64,000 nt of DNA from Candidatus Zixiibacteriota bacterium (GTDB lineage Bacteria; Zixibacteria; MSB-5A5; GN15; FEB-12). Shown in pieces: positions 37,332 to 46,636 of this stretch. Numbering within the stretch: position 1 is the first letter of the stretch; each line of letters starts with the position of its first letter. The stretch is taken from the NCBI GenBank assembly GCA_022571985.1, contig JACZWU010000008.1:65019-129018 (forward strand), given 5' to 3'. The translations under genes were made by a program, and so were the position numbers. Under the pieces are notes generated by a model. That model was given only the letters and a program-made list of their open reading frames with translations, had not been told where the DNA came from and made no database searches.

Positions 37332-38465
37332 CTATTTCAGCAGACGCAGCGCTATTTCATCAGCCAGAAAAAAGCCTTCATCAGACAGACGCAGCCGGCT
37401 ATTATCATCAAGCAGCATACCTGCTTCTATCAAGTTTTCATATTCTTTAATATCAATTCGCTCATCAACTGGTAATCCGAATAACTGTTCGAATCTTTTG
37501 CGGTTTAGTCCGTATCTTAATCTCAAAGATGAAATAATAGTTTCGTCGGCACGGTCCAGCAGGGCCGGTTCGTTTAAGATTCTGGGCATTTTGTTTTGCC
37601 TGAGAGATGCGATATATTTTGAGATGCTCTCTACGTTAGCGAAACGTCGTCCGTTTATATATGAATGTGCCGACGGACCCAGCCCAACTAGTTCATCTCC
37701 CTGCCAGTAGTTAAGACTATGCCGGCACTCCTGCCCTTCTTTGGCGAACGAGGCAATCTCATAATGTTCGAATTCTGCAGAGACAAATTTATCGCAGCCT
37801 ATTTGGTACATGGCGCTAACCAGGCTGTCGTCGGGCATAACGACTTTGCCTGAATTGACATCTGCAAAAAGCTGCGTGTCTTTTTCAAGGGTCAACTGAT
37901 AAAACGAAATATGCGGCGGTGCCAGATCTACCAGCTGTGACAAATCTTTTTTAAGCATGGCGCTGGTCTGGCGCGGCAGACCAAATAATAAATCAACTCC
38001 GTAGGACTTAAACTCCAGCACATTGGCAAAGTAGATAGCTTCCTGAATCTGATGAGGCGTATGTCCCCGCCCGATAGACCTGAGCAGGTCGGGGTCAAAA
38101 GTTTGAATTCCAAAATTAGGACGGGTGACACCCAAATCCTTTAGTGCCGCCAAATATTCCTGACTTACCGAATCCGGGTTGCACTCTATTGAAAACTCTA
38201 TGTCATCTGCGATATCAAAAACTTCCCTGACTGTTTCGAGCCAGTTTGCGAGCAGGTCGATTTTCGCAAGTGAGGGCGTACCGCCGCCAATGAAGATTGT
38301 TTTTATTTTTAAGTCTGGAAATTCTTCTGCGACCAGTCTGGTCTCCGTAATTAGAGAGTCAAACAAGGTCTGTTCGTCTGATTTATTATAGAGCGATTTA
38401 AAATAATCACAGTAGTTGCAGAGATAAGGGCAGAACGGATAATGTAGGTATAAGCCGGCTGGCAT
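37332..38465 (-). CDS. hemW: radical SAM heme chaperone HemW (HemN-like)
   Basis: PFCPYLCNYCDY (CxxxCxxC), GGGTPS, and the HemN C-terminal-like region. Confidence 0.85.
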   Translation of the reverse strand: MPAGLYLHYPFCPYLCNYCDYFKSLYNKSDEQTLFDSLITETRLVAEEFPDLKIKTIFIGGGTPSLAKIDLLANWLETVREVFDIADDIEFSIECNPDSVSQEYLAALKDLGVTRPNFGIQTFDPDLLRSIGRGHTPHQIQEAIYFANVLEFKSYGVDLLFGLPRQTSAMLKKDLSQLVDLAPPHISFYQLTLEKDTQLFADVNSGKVVMPDDSLVSAMYQIGCDKFVSAEFEHYEIASFAKEGQECRHSLNYWQGDELVGLGPSAHSYINGRRFANVESISKYIASLRQNKMPRILNEPALLDRADETIISSLRLRYGLNRKRFEQLFGLPVDERIDIKEYENLIEAGMLLDDNSRLRLSDEGFFLADEIALRLLK

Positions 38466-38468
38466 GCG

Positions 38469-39194
38469 CTAGAGCGAGGCGCCGATACGTTCCCAGCGCA
38501 CGTGCGTGGGAAAGCTGGCTATGCCATAGCCGAGCCAGTGTACGGCATCTATGATGTATGGAAAACCCCAGCCGGGCGGATCGGGATCCGGTTCCCAGGA
38601 CCAATAGACAAATACAGTTTTGCCTAATATATTTTCCTCGGGAACTCCGCCCCAGAAACGGCTGTCGCGGCTGTCATCACGATTATCTCCCATTACAAAG
38701 TACTCTCCCCCGGGTACTCTGTAAGGTCCGAAATTATCGCGGAATGACAAATCAGCCGGGACAATTTTGCGGTCGGTGTTTTTAGAGTGCAGCGGTATTT
38801 GCGCTACCTCTCCGTCGACATACACAACTTTGTCCGCTATCTGAACTTCCTGACCGGGACCGGCTATAATCCTTTTGATAAAATCTTTCTCTGGATTATT
38901 GGGATACTTAAAAACTATAAGATCTCCAATCTGTGGTTTGCCGCCGTATTGGTAGGCCAGCTTGTTAACAAAGATATAGTCGCCTTCAAAAAGAGCATCT
39001 TCCATAGACGACGAGGTCACTTTGTAAGCCGAAACTACAAACACCCGCAGCAATATTGCCGCTACCAGAGCGATAATGCCGGTTTCGACATACTCGCGCC
39101 AGAGTGGTTTGCGCGGACGGAATCTTAGGACTTTGCGGGCTTCGCGGTCGGTCTCTTCCCGCTTAAAATCCTGAATCAGATAATCTTGGTCCAT
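38469..39194 (-). CDS. lepB: signal peptidase I
   Basis: SSSMEDAL (catalytic Ser box), KRIIAGPG (Lys box), and GDNRDDSRDSRFWG. Confidence 0.9.
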   Translation of the reverse strand: MDQDYLIQDFKREETDREARKVLRFRPRKPLWREYVETGIIALVAAILLRVFVVSAYKVTSSSMEDALFEGDYIFVNKLAYQYGGKPQIGDLIVFKYPNNPEKDFIKRIIAGPGQEVQIADKVVYVDGEVAQIPLHSKNTDRKIVPADLSFRDNFGPYRVPGGEYFVMGDNRDDSRDSRFWGGVPEENILGKTVFVYWSWEPDPDPPGWGFPYIIDAVHWLGYGIASFPTHVRWERIGASL

Positions 39195-39371
39195 ACCTAT
39201 CGGTTATCGGTTATGCCTGTCAGGTGCTTTAGCTCTGCAGGCGTTGTATTTTTAGCCTAATTTAGGGCTGTTATGGGCCAATAACAACCGCCCCGTTTCG
39301 ATTTGAAACATACTGCTCTTCCTCGTCATTCCCGAGTAGTCGGGAATCCATCCCAATGATATATGCGGCCT

Positions 39372-40253
39372 GTTGACTTTTGGCTCTATTTCAGCAAAAT
39401 TACGAAGTCCAAATCGTAGGAGATATCTATTGCGGGTCGTTAAGACAATTCTATCAATCTGCTTTCTCTTTCTGGCCGCTGCTGTTTTTGCAGGCGACAA
39501 AGAAGTTTCTAACGAACTTCCGGATGAGATTAAGAATCTGAACGAGAATCAGATACTCAAATGCATCAAAGCTAATTACACATCGGATCCGGAAAAGGAT
39601 AGCACTATCCCACCAACAATGACCAGTGTTGTGGTGAAATTAAAACTAAAAAGGAATGGTTCGGTAGATACGGCAGTTGTTGTATATTGCGAAGAACCAA
39701 AAATTGGCTTTGAAAAGTTAGCACTCGAAACCGTCTTAGAAACCAGATTTCACCCAAAATTGAGGCGGCGAAAAGTAGACAGAAGCTGGTTTTATACTGA
39801 AGTCGTTTTCAATCGAATTGGTTACTATCCTCCAATTGACACCGTCAACTCAAATTCGTCTGTGGATAGCTCAAAGCCGGACGTCTCTGATTTTATTCCG
39901 GTCGAGATAATTCCAGAAATTATCTGGAAAAATGTGCCGGATTACCCGCGCCTTGCCAGACAGATGATGGTAACCGGAAGAGTTGTGGTTAGGGTGCTAA
40001 TTGGCATAACTGGCAGACCTATTGATGTTGTAATACAGGAAACTACTGACCCAAACGGGGAGTATGGATTCAACGAAGCTGCTCAGGAAAGCGCTATGAA
40101 ATGCTTTTTCAAACCTGCATTTCAAGAGGGTAAGCCGGTGAAAGTATGGGTAAGCTTCCCGTACGAATTCGTCTTGCATGGGTTACGCTAATTTAATTTC
40201 ATACTTGCCACTTATCCCACAATACATTAGCCTTTAAATCTATTATGGATAAT
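39372..40253 (+). repeat. tandem duplication unit A (promoter region, TonB-C gene, downstream sequence up to codon 3 of the transporter)
   Basis: Shares GTTGAC.., CAAATCGTAGGAGATATCTAT, GAAGT(T/A)TCTAA(C/T)GAACTTCCGGATGAGATTAAGAATCTGAACG, TTCCCGTACGAATTCGT and CACAATACATTAGCCT..TATTATGGATAAT with unit B. Confidence 0.8.
39430..40191 (+). CDS. secreted/anchored protein with two TonB C-terminal-like domains (copy A)
   Basis: The TTG start is positionally equivalent to the ATG of copy B, after the same GGAG SD. C-terminus PDYPRLARQMMVTGRVVVRVLIGITGRP..GFNEAAQESAMKCFFKPAFQEGKPVKVWVSFPYEF. Confidence 0.7.
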   Translation: MRVVKTILSICFLFLAAAVFAGDKEVSNELPDEIKNLNENQILKCIKANYTSDPEKDSTIPPTMTSVVVKLKLKRNGSVDTAVVVYCEEPKIGFEKLALETVLETRFHPKLRRRKVDRSWFYTEVVFNRIGYYPPIDTVNSNSSVDSSKPDVSDFIPVEIIPEIIWKNVPDYPRLARQMMVTGRVVVRVLIGITGRPIDVVIQETTDPNGEYGFNEAAQESAMKCFFKPAFQEGKPVKVWVSFPYEFVLHGLR

Positions 40254-40296
40254 CTAGTGGGCGGCAGACGTCTCGTCTGCCCCTTGCTCAATAGCA

Positions 40297-41180
40297 GTTG
40301 ACATTAGAGTCTATTCTTGCCAGCTTACAATATCAAATCGTAGGAGATATCTATGCGGGCCGTTAGGACAATTTTATCAATCAGTTTCTTACTTTTGACC
40401 AGTTCTATATCTGCAGGTGATACAGAAGTATCTAATGAACTTCCGGATGAGATTAAGAATCTGAACGTTGAATTCATTATTCATCCGCATTGGGTTCTGA
40501 ACCTAGGGTATCCAAAAGAAGCATTCAAGAATGAGATTCAAGGTGATGTCTGGATAAGACTTAAGCTTAAGAAAAATGGAAAGATAGACGAAGCAGAAGT
40601 CTTTTACTGCAGCGCTCCTAATAATGGTTTCGAGAGGTCTGCTCTGAATTACATTAAGAAATGTGAGTTTTCAGCGAAGAAAAGAAGTAAGAAGGTTTCA
40701 AATGAATGGCTATATACAAATGTAAGTTTCGATAGGTTTACAATCAACAAGACTAGGAAAAAAGTACTGCGATCAGGTGTCTCTGATCTTGATGAATATC
40801 CTTTGAGATTTGACTGTCCTGAATCATTGACAGTAGTTCCTGAAATTTTCAAGAAAGGAGTACCAAGTTATCCTATGAGAGCTAAGATAGCTCAAAAAAA
40901 TGGTCTAGTTCACTTGAGGGTCTTTGTTAATCAAGAAGGAAAACCTGTTGGTGCAAAAATAGATAAAACTACAGATCTAGAATGGAAATATGGATTCAAT
41001 GAAGCTGCACTTTCTGCAGTAATGAGTTGTAGGTTTAAACCGATGCTATGCAATGGAAAACCTTCGAAGTGCAGCGTTGTTTTCCCGTACGAATTCGTTT
41101 TGCATGAGAAGCGTTAAAATAATTTCTTACTTGCCCATTGTCTCACAATACATTAGCCTGTAACTCTTATTATGGATAAT
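40297..41180 (+). repeat. tandem duplication unit B
   Basis: See unit A. The offset is about 925-927 bp. Confidence 0.8.
40353..41117 (+). CDS. secreted/anchored protein with two TonB C-terminal-like domains (copy B)
   Basis: GGAG SD. PSYPMRAKIAQKNGLVHLRVFVNQEGKP..GFNEAALSAVMSCRFKPMLCNGKPSKCSVVFPYEF. Confidence 0.75.
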   Translation: MRAVRTILSISFLLLTSSISAGDTEVSNELPDEIKNLNVEFIIHPHWVLNLGYPKEAFKNEIQGDVWIRLKLKKNGKIDEAEVFYCSAPNNGFERSALNYIKKCEFSAKKRSKKVSNEWLYTNVSFDRFTINKTRKKVLRSGVSDLDEYPLRFDCPESLTVVPEIFKKGVPSYPMRAKIAQKNGLVHLRVFVNQEGKPVGAKIDKTTDLEWKYGFNEAALSAVMSCRFKPMLCNGKPSKCSVVFPYEFVLHEKR

Positions 41181-43445
41181 ATTTCAACTAACAAACTGGT
41201 TATAGCTGTAATCGCCAATGTCATACTTGGCGTTATTTGCGGCTTGTATTTGCCCGACCTGATGCTGGCGCTCTCTTTTGTAGGACAAATCTATGTTAAA
41301 ATCCTGCAGATAATTTTTATTCCGCTGGTGGCGGCGGCTATTATAACTGCGGTATCGTCTTATACCGACGGCCGGCAAAGAGGGCGGGCTGTGTTGGCCA
41401 CGCTTTCGTTTTTTGCGGCAACTTCGATTGTGGCCATTATTATCGGCCTGGTGACCGTATCGATTTTTCAGCCGGGTGCAGGAGTCTCCACCGGAGCCGC
41501 TTTTATCCCCGAAGAGATAGCCTCGATACCGATAAGCCAGACGCTTGGCTTTTTTGAAGAATTAATACCGTTTAACATGGTAAAAGCCGTGATGATGGGC
41601 AAATTCCTGGGCTGGATAATCGCCCTGATAGTTGTCGCTTCGGTTTTAGGCGGACTCGGCCGAAATGCGGCGCCTGTCACCAGATTCTTTGAAACGATTT
41701 TCATGATAGCGCAGAAACTTTTGCACTATCTGATAATGGCCACGCCATTTGCTATGTTCTTTATAGTCGGTGCGGTTGTTGCCCGAAACTCCGGTTATCT
41801 GCCGGAACTGGGCGGCAGTCTGCTGAAGCTATCGCTGACACTAATGACAGCATTTTTGGTACATGCTCTGATAGTTATCCCGCTGCTTCTCAAATTTTTT
41901 GGCGGACGCTCACCTATTGAATATTTCAAAAATATTTTCCCGGCGCTGACTACTGCCTTTGCTACGGCCTCCCCCACAGCGGCGCTGGCAGTAACTTATG
42001 AAAACAGCCTCGAACGAAATAATATCGACAGCCGCTCGGCAGCGCTGGTACTTCCCCTCGGTACCAGCCTTAATGTCGACGGCCGCGCTATGTATGTCGT
42101 TATAAGCGCCATGTTCATTGCTCAGGTTTATAATGTTGAACTGGGACTGGCCGGCACTCTTTATCTGGCCGCCGCCGTATTTTTGTTTTCGTTGGGTACG
42201 GCTACTGTGCCCTTTGCCGGAATGATGACTCTTGCGCTTGTTTTTGACGCTACCGGATTCCCCAATGCGGCCTATGCCGGAATCGGCTTAATCTTTGCCG
42301 TGGATTGGTTCTGGGGACGTAAGTTTGCGGCGCTTGATGTCTGGTCGGATACAGCCGTAGCGGCAGCAGTCGAAGAAGTAAGTTCAACTGCCATATTTCA
42401 AAAGAAATCTCCTGGACCAAGGCGCACAGGATCAGAAAGAAGCCGCAGGCCATTTGGCGACAGCCGGACGGATTCCAGAAGAGATGACCGAAAACGCGAT
42501 GATTACCGCCAAGACAGCCGGCAACCAGAGCGCACCAGAAAACCTCTGGTCAAAGCTGACGCACGGACAGCTGACAGAGGCCGCCTCAGACGACCCGCAG
42601 CACCGTCTCCATTTGAACTGAAAGCGGAGAGATCCAGAGCGTTTGACCCCGAAACAGCCAAAGCCCGCGACCGGGCGCCCTTTGAAGCCGCACAAAGAGA
42701 TGAAATATCAAGTTCTGAATCTGCCCGCAAGATGCGCGAAAAAGTCAGCTATGCTCCCAAAGATAAAAAAGACAAAAAAGAAACTACTCCCAGACAGATA
42801 GCGCCTCTTAAATCGGAAGTTTCCGACTCCGATGAAATAATCTCCGCCCCTACTTCTGCTGTGGCAGCTCCGCCTTTGATCAGAGAGCTGACTCCGGAGG
42901 TCAAAGAAGCGCTGCCAGAAACAATATCTGCTGCCGATGAAACACAACCGGTCAAGATCGCTCCGCCGGAAAAAACTGAAGCTGTCGAAGAAACTCCGGC
43001 AACCGAAGCTGCTGCAATTGAAGAAACTGAGACTGTCGAAAAAGCTGCGCCGGTCAAAAAAACGCGGACCAGAAAGACAGCTGCTGTCAAGAAAACACGG
43101 ACTAGAAAAACTGCTGCTGCCAAAAAACCCAAAAAAGAAGAAATTAAAGAGCCTCCGCCAGAACCTGTTGAAGAAACTGTGCCTGAGCCTGTGCCTATAA
43201 TTGATGTCGAGCCGAAAGAATCAGAAGCTTCTGAGGCTGTGGCAGAGCCAGTTGTAACCGAGCCAGAAGTAAAAGAGCCGGTGGCAGCTGAACCCGAAAA
43301 ACCTGATCTGTTCGGGCGTACATCGCATCTCAAAGGTCCGAGGCGCAAGTCGGGCAGCGCTGCGCCGCCATCTACCACCGAACCGGACTTTACGACTGAA
43401 AACCAAGAGTTTGGGCGCAAAAGCCGGAAAAAAAGTCCTAAATAA
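41172..43445 (+). CDS. dicarboxylate/amino acid:cation symporter (DAACS/GltP family) fused to a roughly 350-aa low-complexity charged tail
   Basis: The first 400 aa or so are polytopic, with PLGTSLNVDGRAMY (cf. the NMDGTALY motif). From about residue 405 the sequence is R/D/K/E/P/T/A-rich with no hydrophobic segment. Confidence 0.8.
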   Translation: MDNISTNKLVIAVIANVILGVICGLYLPDLMLALSFVGQIYVKILQIIFIPLVAAAIITAVSSYTDGRQRGRAVLATLSFFAATSIVAIIIGLVTVSIFQPGAGVSTGAAFIPEEIASIPISQTLGFFEELIPFNMVKAVMMGKFLGWIIALIVVASVLGGLGRNAAPVTRFFETIFMIAQKLLHYLIMATPFAMFFIVGAVVARNSGYLPELGGSLLKLSLTLMTAFLVHALIVIPLLLKFFGGRSPIEYFKNIFPALTTAFATASPTAALAVTYENSLERNNIDSRSAALVLPLGTSLNVDGRAMYVVISAMFIAQVYNVELGLAGTLYLAAAVFLFSLGTATVPFAGMMTLALVFDATGFPNAAYAGIGLIFAVDWFWGRKFAALDVWSDTAVAAAVEEVSSTAIFQKKSPGPRRTGSERSRRPFGDSRTDSRRDDRKRDDYRQDSRQPERTRKPLVKADARTADRGRLRRPAAPSPFELKAERSRAFDPETAKARDRAPFEAAQRDEISSSESARKMREKVSYAPKDKKDKKETTPRQIAPLKSEVSDSDEIISAPTSAVAAPPLIRELTPEVKEALPETISAADETQPVKIAPPEKTEAVEETPATEAAAIEETETVEKAAPVKKTRTRKTAAVKKTRTRKTAAAKKPKKEEIKEPPPEPVEETVPEPVPIIDVEPKESEASEAVAEPVVTEPEVKEPVAAEPEKPDLFGRTSHLKGPRRKSGSAAPPSTTEPDFTTENQEFGRKSRKKSPK
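43056..43121 (+). repeat. 33-bp in-frame tandem repeat (2 units) in the transporter tail
   Basis: AAAAAAACGCGGACCAGAAAGACAGCTGCTGTC / AAGAAAACACGGACTAGAAAAACTGCTGCTGCC encode KKTRTRKTAAV / KKTRTRKTAAA. Confidence 0.85.
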
Positions 43446-43552
43446 CGGTTCGAATTTTCTAAGTTTTTTTGTCTGGAACTATTTTGAATCTTTAGCGATA
43501 TATAAATTGTAAGAAGAAACTGATAGCAGTTAATTGCATATAGAGAAATAAT

Positions 43553-44416
43553 ATGAACGGAATAAAAGTAACCATAATGATGCTCGGCCTGATGATTTTA
43601 TTCATGTGGGTGGGGTTTTTAGTCGGCGGCCAGACCGGCATGATAATGGCCTTTGTTCTGGCGGCTGTCATGAACTTTTTCTCTTACTGGTATTCTGCTA
43701 AGATGGTTTTAAAAATGTATAAGGCCCGCGAAGTTACAGAAACCGACCACCCCCGTTTATTCAGAACTGTCAGGCGCGTGGCCACCCAGGCCATGATTCC
43801 TATACCCAAAGTATATATTGTGCCGAACAAGGCCCCCAACGCTTTTGCCACCGGTAGAAATATTGAAAACGCCGCCGTAGCAGTCACCGAGGGACTTTTG
43901 GAACTTCTAAGTGATGACGAACTCGAAGGCGTCATTGGCCACGAGATAGCTCACATTATGAATAAAGATATGCTGATTGGTACGATAGCGGCGACATTTG
44001 CCGGAGCAGTCGGCATTCTGGCTTCGATAGCCAGATGGGGTGCAATTTTTGGCGGCTTTGGACGCGGCAGCAACCGCGGCGGAGGGTTGGGACTTTTGGT
44101 GGCGGCAATTGTAGCGCCCATAGCAGCCATGCTGATTCAGATGGCTATATCCCGTCAGCGTGAATTTAAAGCTGACCGCATCGGCGGCAAGATAACGGCC
44201 AAACCGCTGGCTTTGGCCTCGGCACTAAAAAAACTTCACAGTGCGCCAATCCGCCTGAATCTGGACCAAAAACCGGCCACAGCTCATCTTATGATTGCCA
44301 ATCCGCTTTCGGGAAAAGGTATAGCTTCGCTTTTTTCGACCCATCCGCCGGTAGAAAAACGAATCGCACTTCTGGAAAAACAGGCCTACCAATCAGACTA
44401 CACGCCTGTCTCTTAA
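43553..44416 (+). CDS. htpX: zinc metalloprotease HtpX
   Basis: HEIAHIMNKD zinc motif, four TM segments, and C-terminal FSTHPPVEKRI. Confidence 0.9.
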   Translation: MNGIKVTIMMLGLMILFMWVGFLVGGQTGMIMAFVLAAVMNFFSYWYSAKMVLKMYKAREVTETDHPRLFRTVRRVATQAMIPIPKVYIVPNKAPNAFATGRNIENAAVAVTEGLLELLSDDELEGVIGHEIAHIMNKDMLIGTIAATFAGAVGILASIARWGAIFGGFGRGSNRGGGLGLLVAAIVAPIAAMLIQMAISRQREFKADRIGGKITAKPLALASALKKLHSAPIRLNLDQKPATAHLMIANPLSGKGIASLFSTHPPVEKRIALLEKQAYQSDYTPVS

Positions 44417-44429
44417 CAGATATTAACAT

Positions 44430-45089
44430 ATGATGAAATTTCTGACAGCGCCGCTTCGCTTAATTCGCCGGCTTTATGACTGGGTATTAGGCTGGAGCAA
44501 TTCGCGATATAGTCTGCCGGCTCTGTTCTTGCTGTCTATGGCCGAAGCCTCGTTTTTTCCGATTGCGCCCGATGTTCTTTTGATAGCGCTATGCCTGGGG
44601 GCATATAAAAAATGGAAACGGTTTGCGCTTATCTGTTCGGTTGGTTCGATCGTCGGTGGTATTTTAGGCTATTTGATCGGGCAGTTTGCCTTTGATCTGA
44701 TTGGCGAAAAATTTCTGGCCTTTACCGCCTCGATATCCGGCACCGAACCGGAAGCACTATTGGAGCTGGCCCGTTACTGGTTTAACGAAAAAGTAATGTT
44801 CGGCATGAAAGTCGGCCCCTGGGCGGTTGGTATTGCCGCATTCACGCCGATTCCTTACAAAGTTTTCACAATTTCTGCAGGCTTTTTTGATATGCCCTTT
44901 CTGCCGTTTGTGGTGGCTTCAATCATAGGCCGCTCTTTAAGATTTTTTCTGGTAGCCGGTTTGATTGGCCTATTGTATAAAAAGTTCGGAAATAAAATCC
45001 AGGAATTCATCGACAAATATTTTAACTGGCTGGCGCTGGCCTTTGTGGTGCTGCTAATCGGCGGATTTATGGCGCTAAGGCTGTTTTGA
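44430..45089 (+). CDS. YqaA-family (DedA/SNARE-associated-like) membrane protein
   Basis: AEASFFPIAPDVLLIAL motif and a polytopic profile. Confidence 0.7.
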   Translation: MMKFLTAPLRLIRRLYDWVLGWSNSRYSLPALFLLSMAEASFFPIAPDVLLIALCLGAYKKWKRFALICSVGSIVGGILGYLIGQFAFDLIGEKFLAFTASISGTEPEALLELARYWFNEKVMFGMKVGPWAVGIAAFTPIPYKVFTISAGFFDMPFLPFVVASIIGRSLRFFLVAGLIGLLYKKFGNKIQEFIDKYFNWLALAFVVLLIGGFMALRLF

Positions 45090-45242
45090 TAAATTATAGA
45101 ACAGAGCCATAAATCCGAATTGTAATCCCTTTATTACTTGCGTAAATTAAATTCATGGCACATTTGAAAATTGACAGGGCCTTTTTCAGAAAGAGAAATT
45201 TCTGTAACATCATCTTCAATAATTTGCAAGAATTAGAAAATA

Positions 45243-46601
45243 ATGAGTAAAATTGTTGAGCTTAAAATTATCGACCTGGCTTTCGACGGCAAAGCTGTAG
45301 CCAAGACAGATAGTGGCAAGATCGTTTTCTTAAATGGCGGCCTGACTGGTGAGACTGTCAAAGCCAAAATAGTCCGCTCCAAACGCCGGTTTGATGAAGC
45401 AATTGTGCTGGAAATACTGGAAAAATCCGATGAGCGTATTGACGCTATCTGCCGTCATTTTGACCATTGCGGAGGCTGCAGCTGGCAGGATTTACGCTAT
45501 CAAAAGCAGCTTGAGATCAAAAAAACACACGTAGCAGGCTGTATCGAAAGAATCGGCGGACTCGAAAATGTGATCGTGAGAGATACAGTTGGCTCAGTTG
45601 AGCAGTTTGGCTACCGCAATAAGATGGAGTTTTCGTTTAACTGTCACCCCGAATTTGGCTTCACTTTGGGGCTTCACCGTCGGGGTCAGTATGCCGATAT
45701 ATTTGACTTAGAGGAATGCCACCTGCCATCTGAAAAATATGGCAGGATTGTCAGTTGGCTGCGGGAGTATGTCAAAGAAAATGAAATTCCGGTTTATGAC
45801 ATTGACGAACACACAGGTTATATGCGATTTCTGGTTATTAGAGATGCAAAAAACAGCAACGAACTGATGATAAACATTGTAACAAATTCAGGCGAGTTTC
45901 CGTCTCAAGAAGAGTTGACAGATAAAATGACAGCTGCCTTTCCGGAAATAACGACTATCGTGCATAACGAAAATGGACAAAAAGCAAATATCGCCGTAGG
46001 TGAAAAAGAAACTGTGCTTTATGGCAGCGGCTTTATTACAGAAAGACTTATGGGACATTCATTTAAGATCAGTTCCAATTCGTTTTTCCAGACCAATACT
46101 CATCAGGCCGAAAAACTGTACCAGATTGCTTTTGATATGCTTAAACCGAACGGAACTGAAAAAGTATTAGATTTATACTGCGGCACCGGGGCAATATCTA
46201 TCTGTCTGGCTCCAAAAGTTGCCGAAGTGACCGGCGTGGAATTAGTCGCTGATGCAATCACCGCAGCTAAAGAAAATGCCGAAATAAATAACTGCACGAA
46301 TGTTGAATTTATTTTGAGTGACAGTAAAGATTTCTTGAGAAATAACCAGACAGAATTCGATGTGGTCATAACCGACCCGCCCAGAGCCGGCATGCACCCT
46401 AAAGCCTTAAAGCAGATGATCAGCCTGTTGCCTGACAAGATTTTGTATATCTCCTGCAACCCTTCGACATTTGCCCGGGATGCCAAAGAGATAGTTGAGG
46501 CCGGCTACCAGCTGCCCGAAGTGCAGCCGGTAGATATGTTTCCTCACACCAGACATATCGAAATAGCCGCGCTGTTTACCAAACAGGAACTTTCAGCTTA
46601 G
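45243..46601 (+). CDS. rlmD: 23S rRNA (uracil-C5)-methyltransferase RlmD-type (TRAM + 4Fe-4S + SAM MTase)
   Basis: TRAM N-terminus, Cys cluster CRHFDHCGGCSWQ, DLYCGTGAISI, DPPRAGMH, and the catalytic YISCNPSTFARD. Confidence 0.85.
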   Translation: MSKIVELKIIDLAFDGKAVAKTDSGKIVFLNGGLTGETVKAKIVRSKRRFDEAIVLEILEKSDERIDAICRHFDHCGGCSWQDLRYQKQLEIKKTHVAGCIERIGGLENVIVRDTVGSVEQFGYRNKMEFSFNCHPEFGFTLGLHRRGQYADIFDLEECHLPSEKYGRIVSWLREYVKENEIPVYDIDEHTGYMRFLVIRDAKNSNELMINIVTNSGEFPSQEELTDKMTAAFPEITTIVHNENGQKANIAVGEKETVLYGSGFITERLMGHSFKISSNSFFQTNTHQAEKLYQIAFDMLKPNGTEKVLDLYCGTGAISICLAPKVAEVTGVELVADAITAAKENAEINNCTNVEFILSDSKDFLRNNQTEFDVVITDPPRAGMHPKALKQMISLLPDKILYISCNPSTFARDAKEIVEAGYQLPEVQPVDMFPHTRHIEIAALFTKQELSA

Positions 46602-46636
46602 ACGATAGTTACTAAAATTTGCTTCATGGAGGAAGA

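Noticed and set aside
37081-37710. 209-aa plus-strand ORF antisense to tadA and hemW.
   Set aside because: It lies entirely antisense to two CDS with strong catalytic motifs. The translation is Ser/Arg-rich and low-complexity.
39328-39347. Hairpin ATTCCCGA-gtag-TCGGGAAT (GTCATTCCCG..CGGGAATCC), resembling REP-type elements known from other bacteria, in the lepB/TonB-C divergent intergenic region.
   Set aside because: There is only one copy in 64 kb, so neither repeat-family status nor an operator role can be supported here.
42749-43420. 223-aa minus-strand ORF, and several other ORFs on both strands (42432-43406), overlapping the transporter tail.
   Set aside because: They arise from the low-complexity, stop-poor repeat sequence of the tail. 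The translations are Ser/Gly/Ala/Val strings, there is no SD, and they lie fully inside a longer CDS continuous with a recognisable transporter core.
45150-45175. TGGCACATTTGAAAATTGAC upstream of rlmD as a possible sigma-54 promoter.
   Set aside because: The -12 position has no GC dinucleotide at the required 10-nt spacing.
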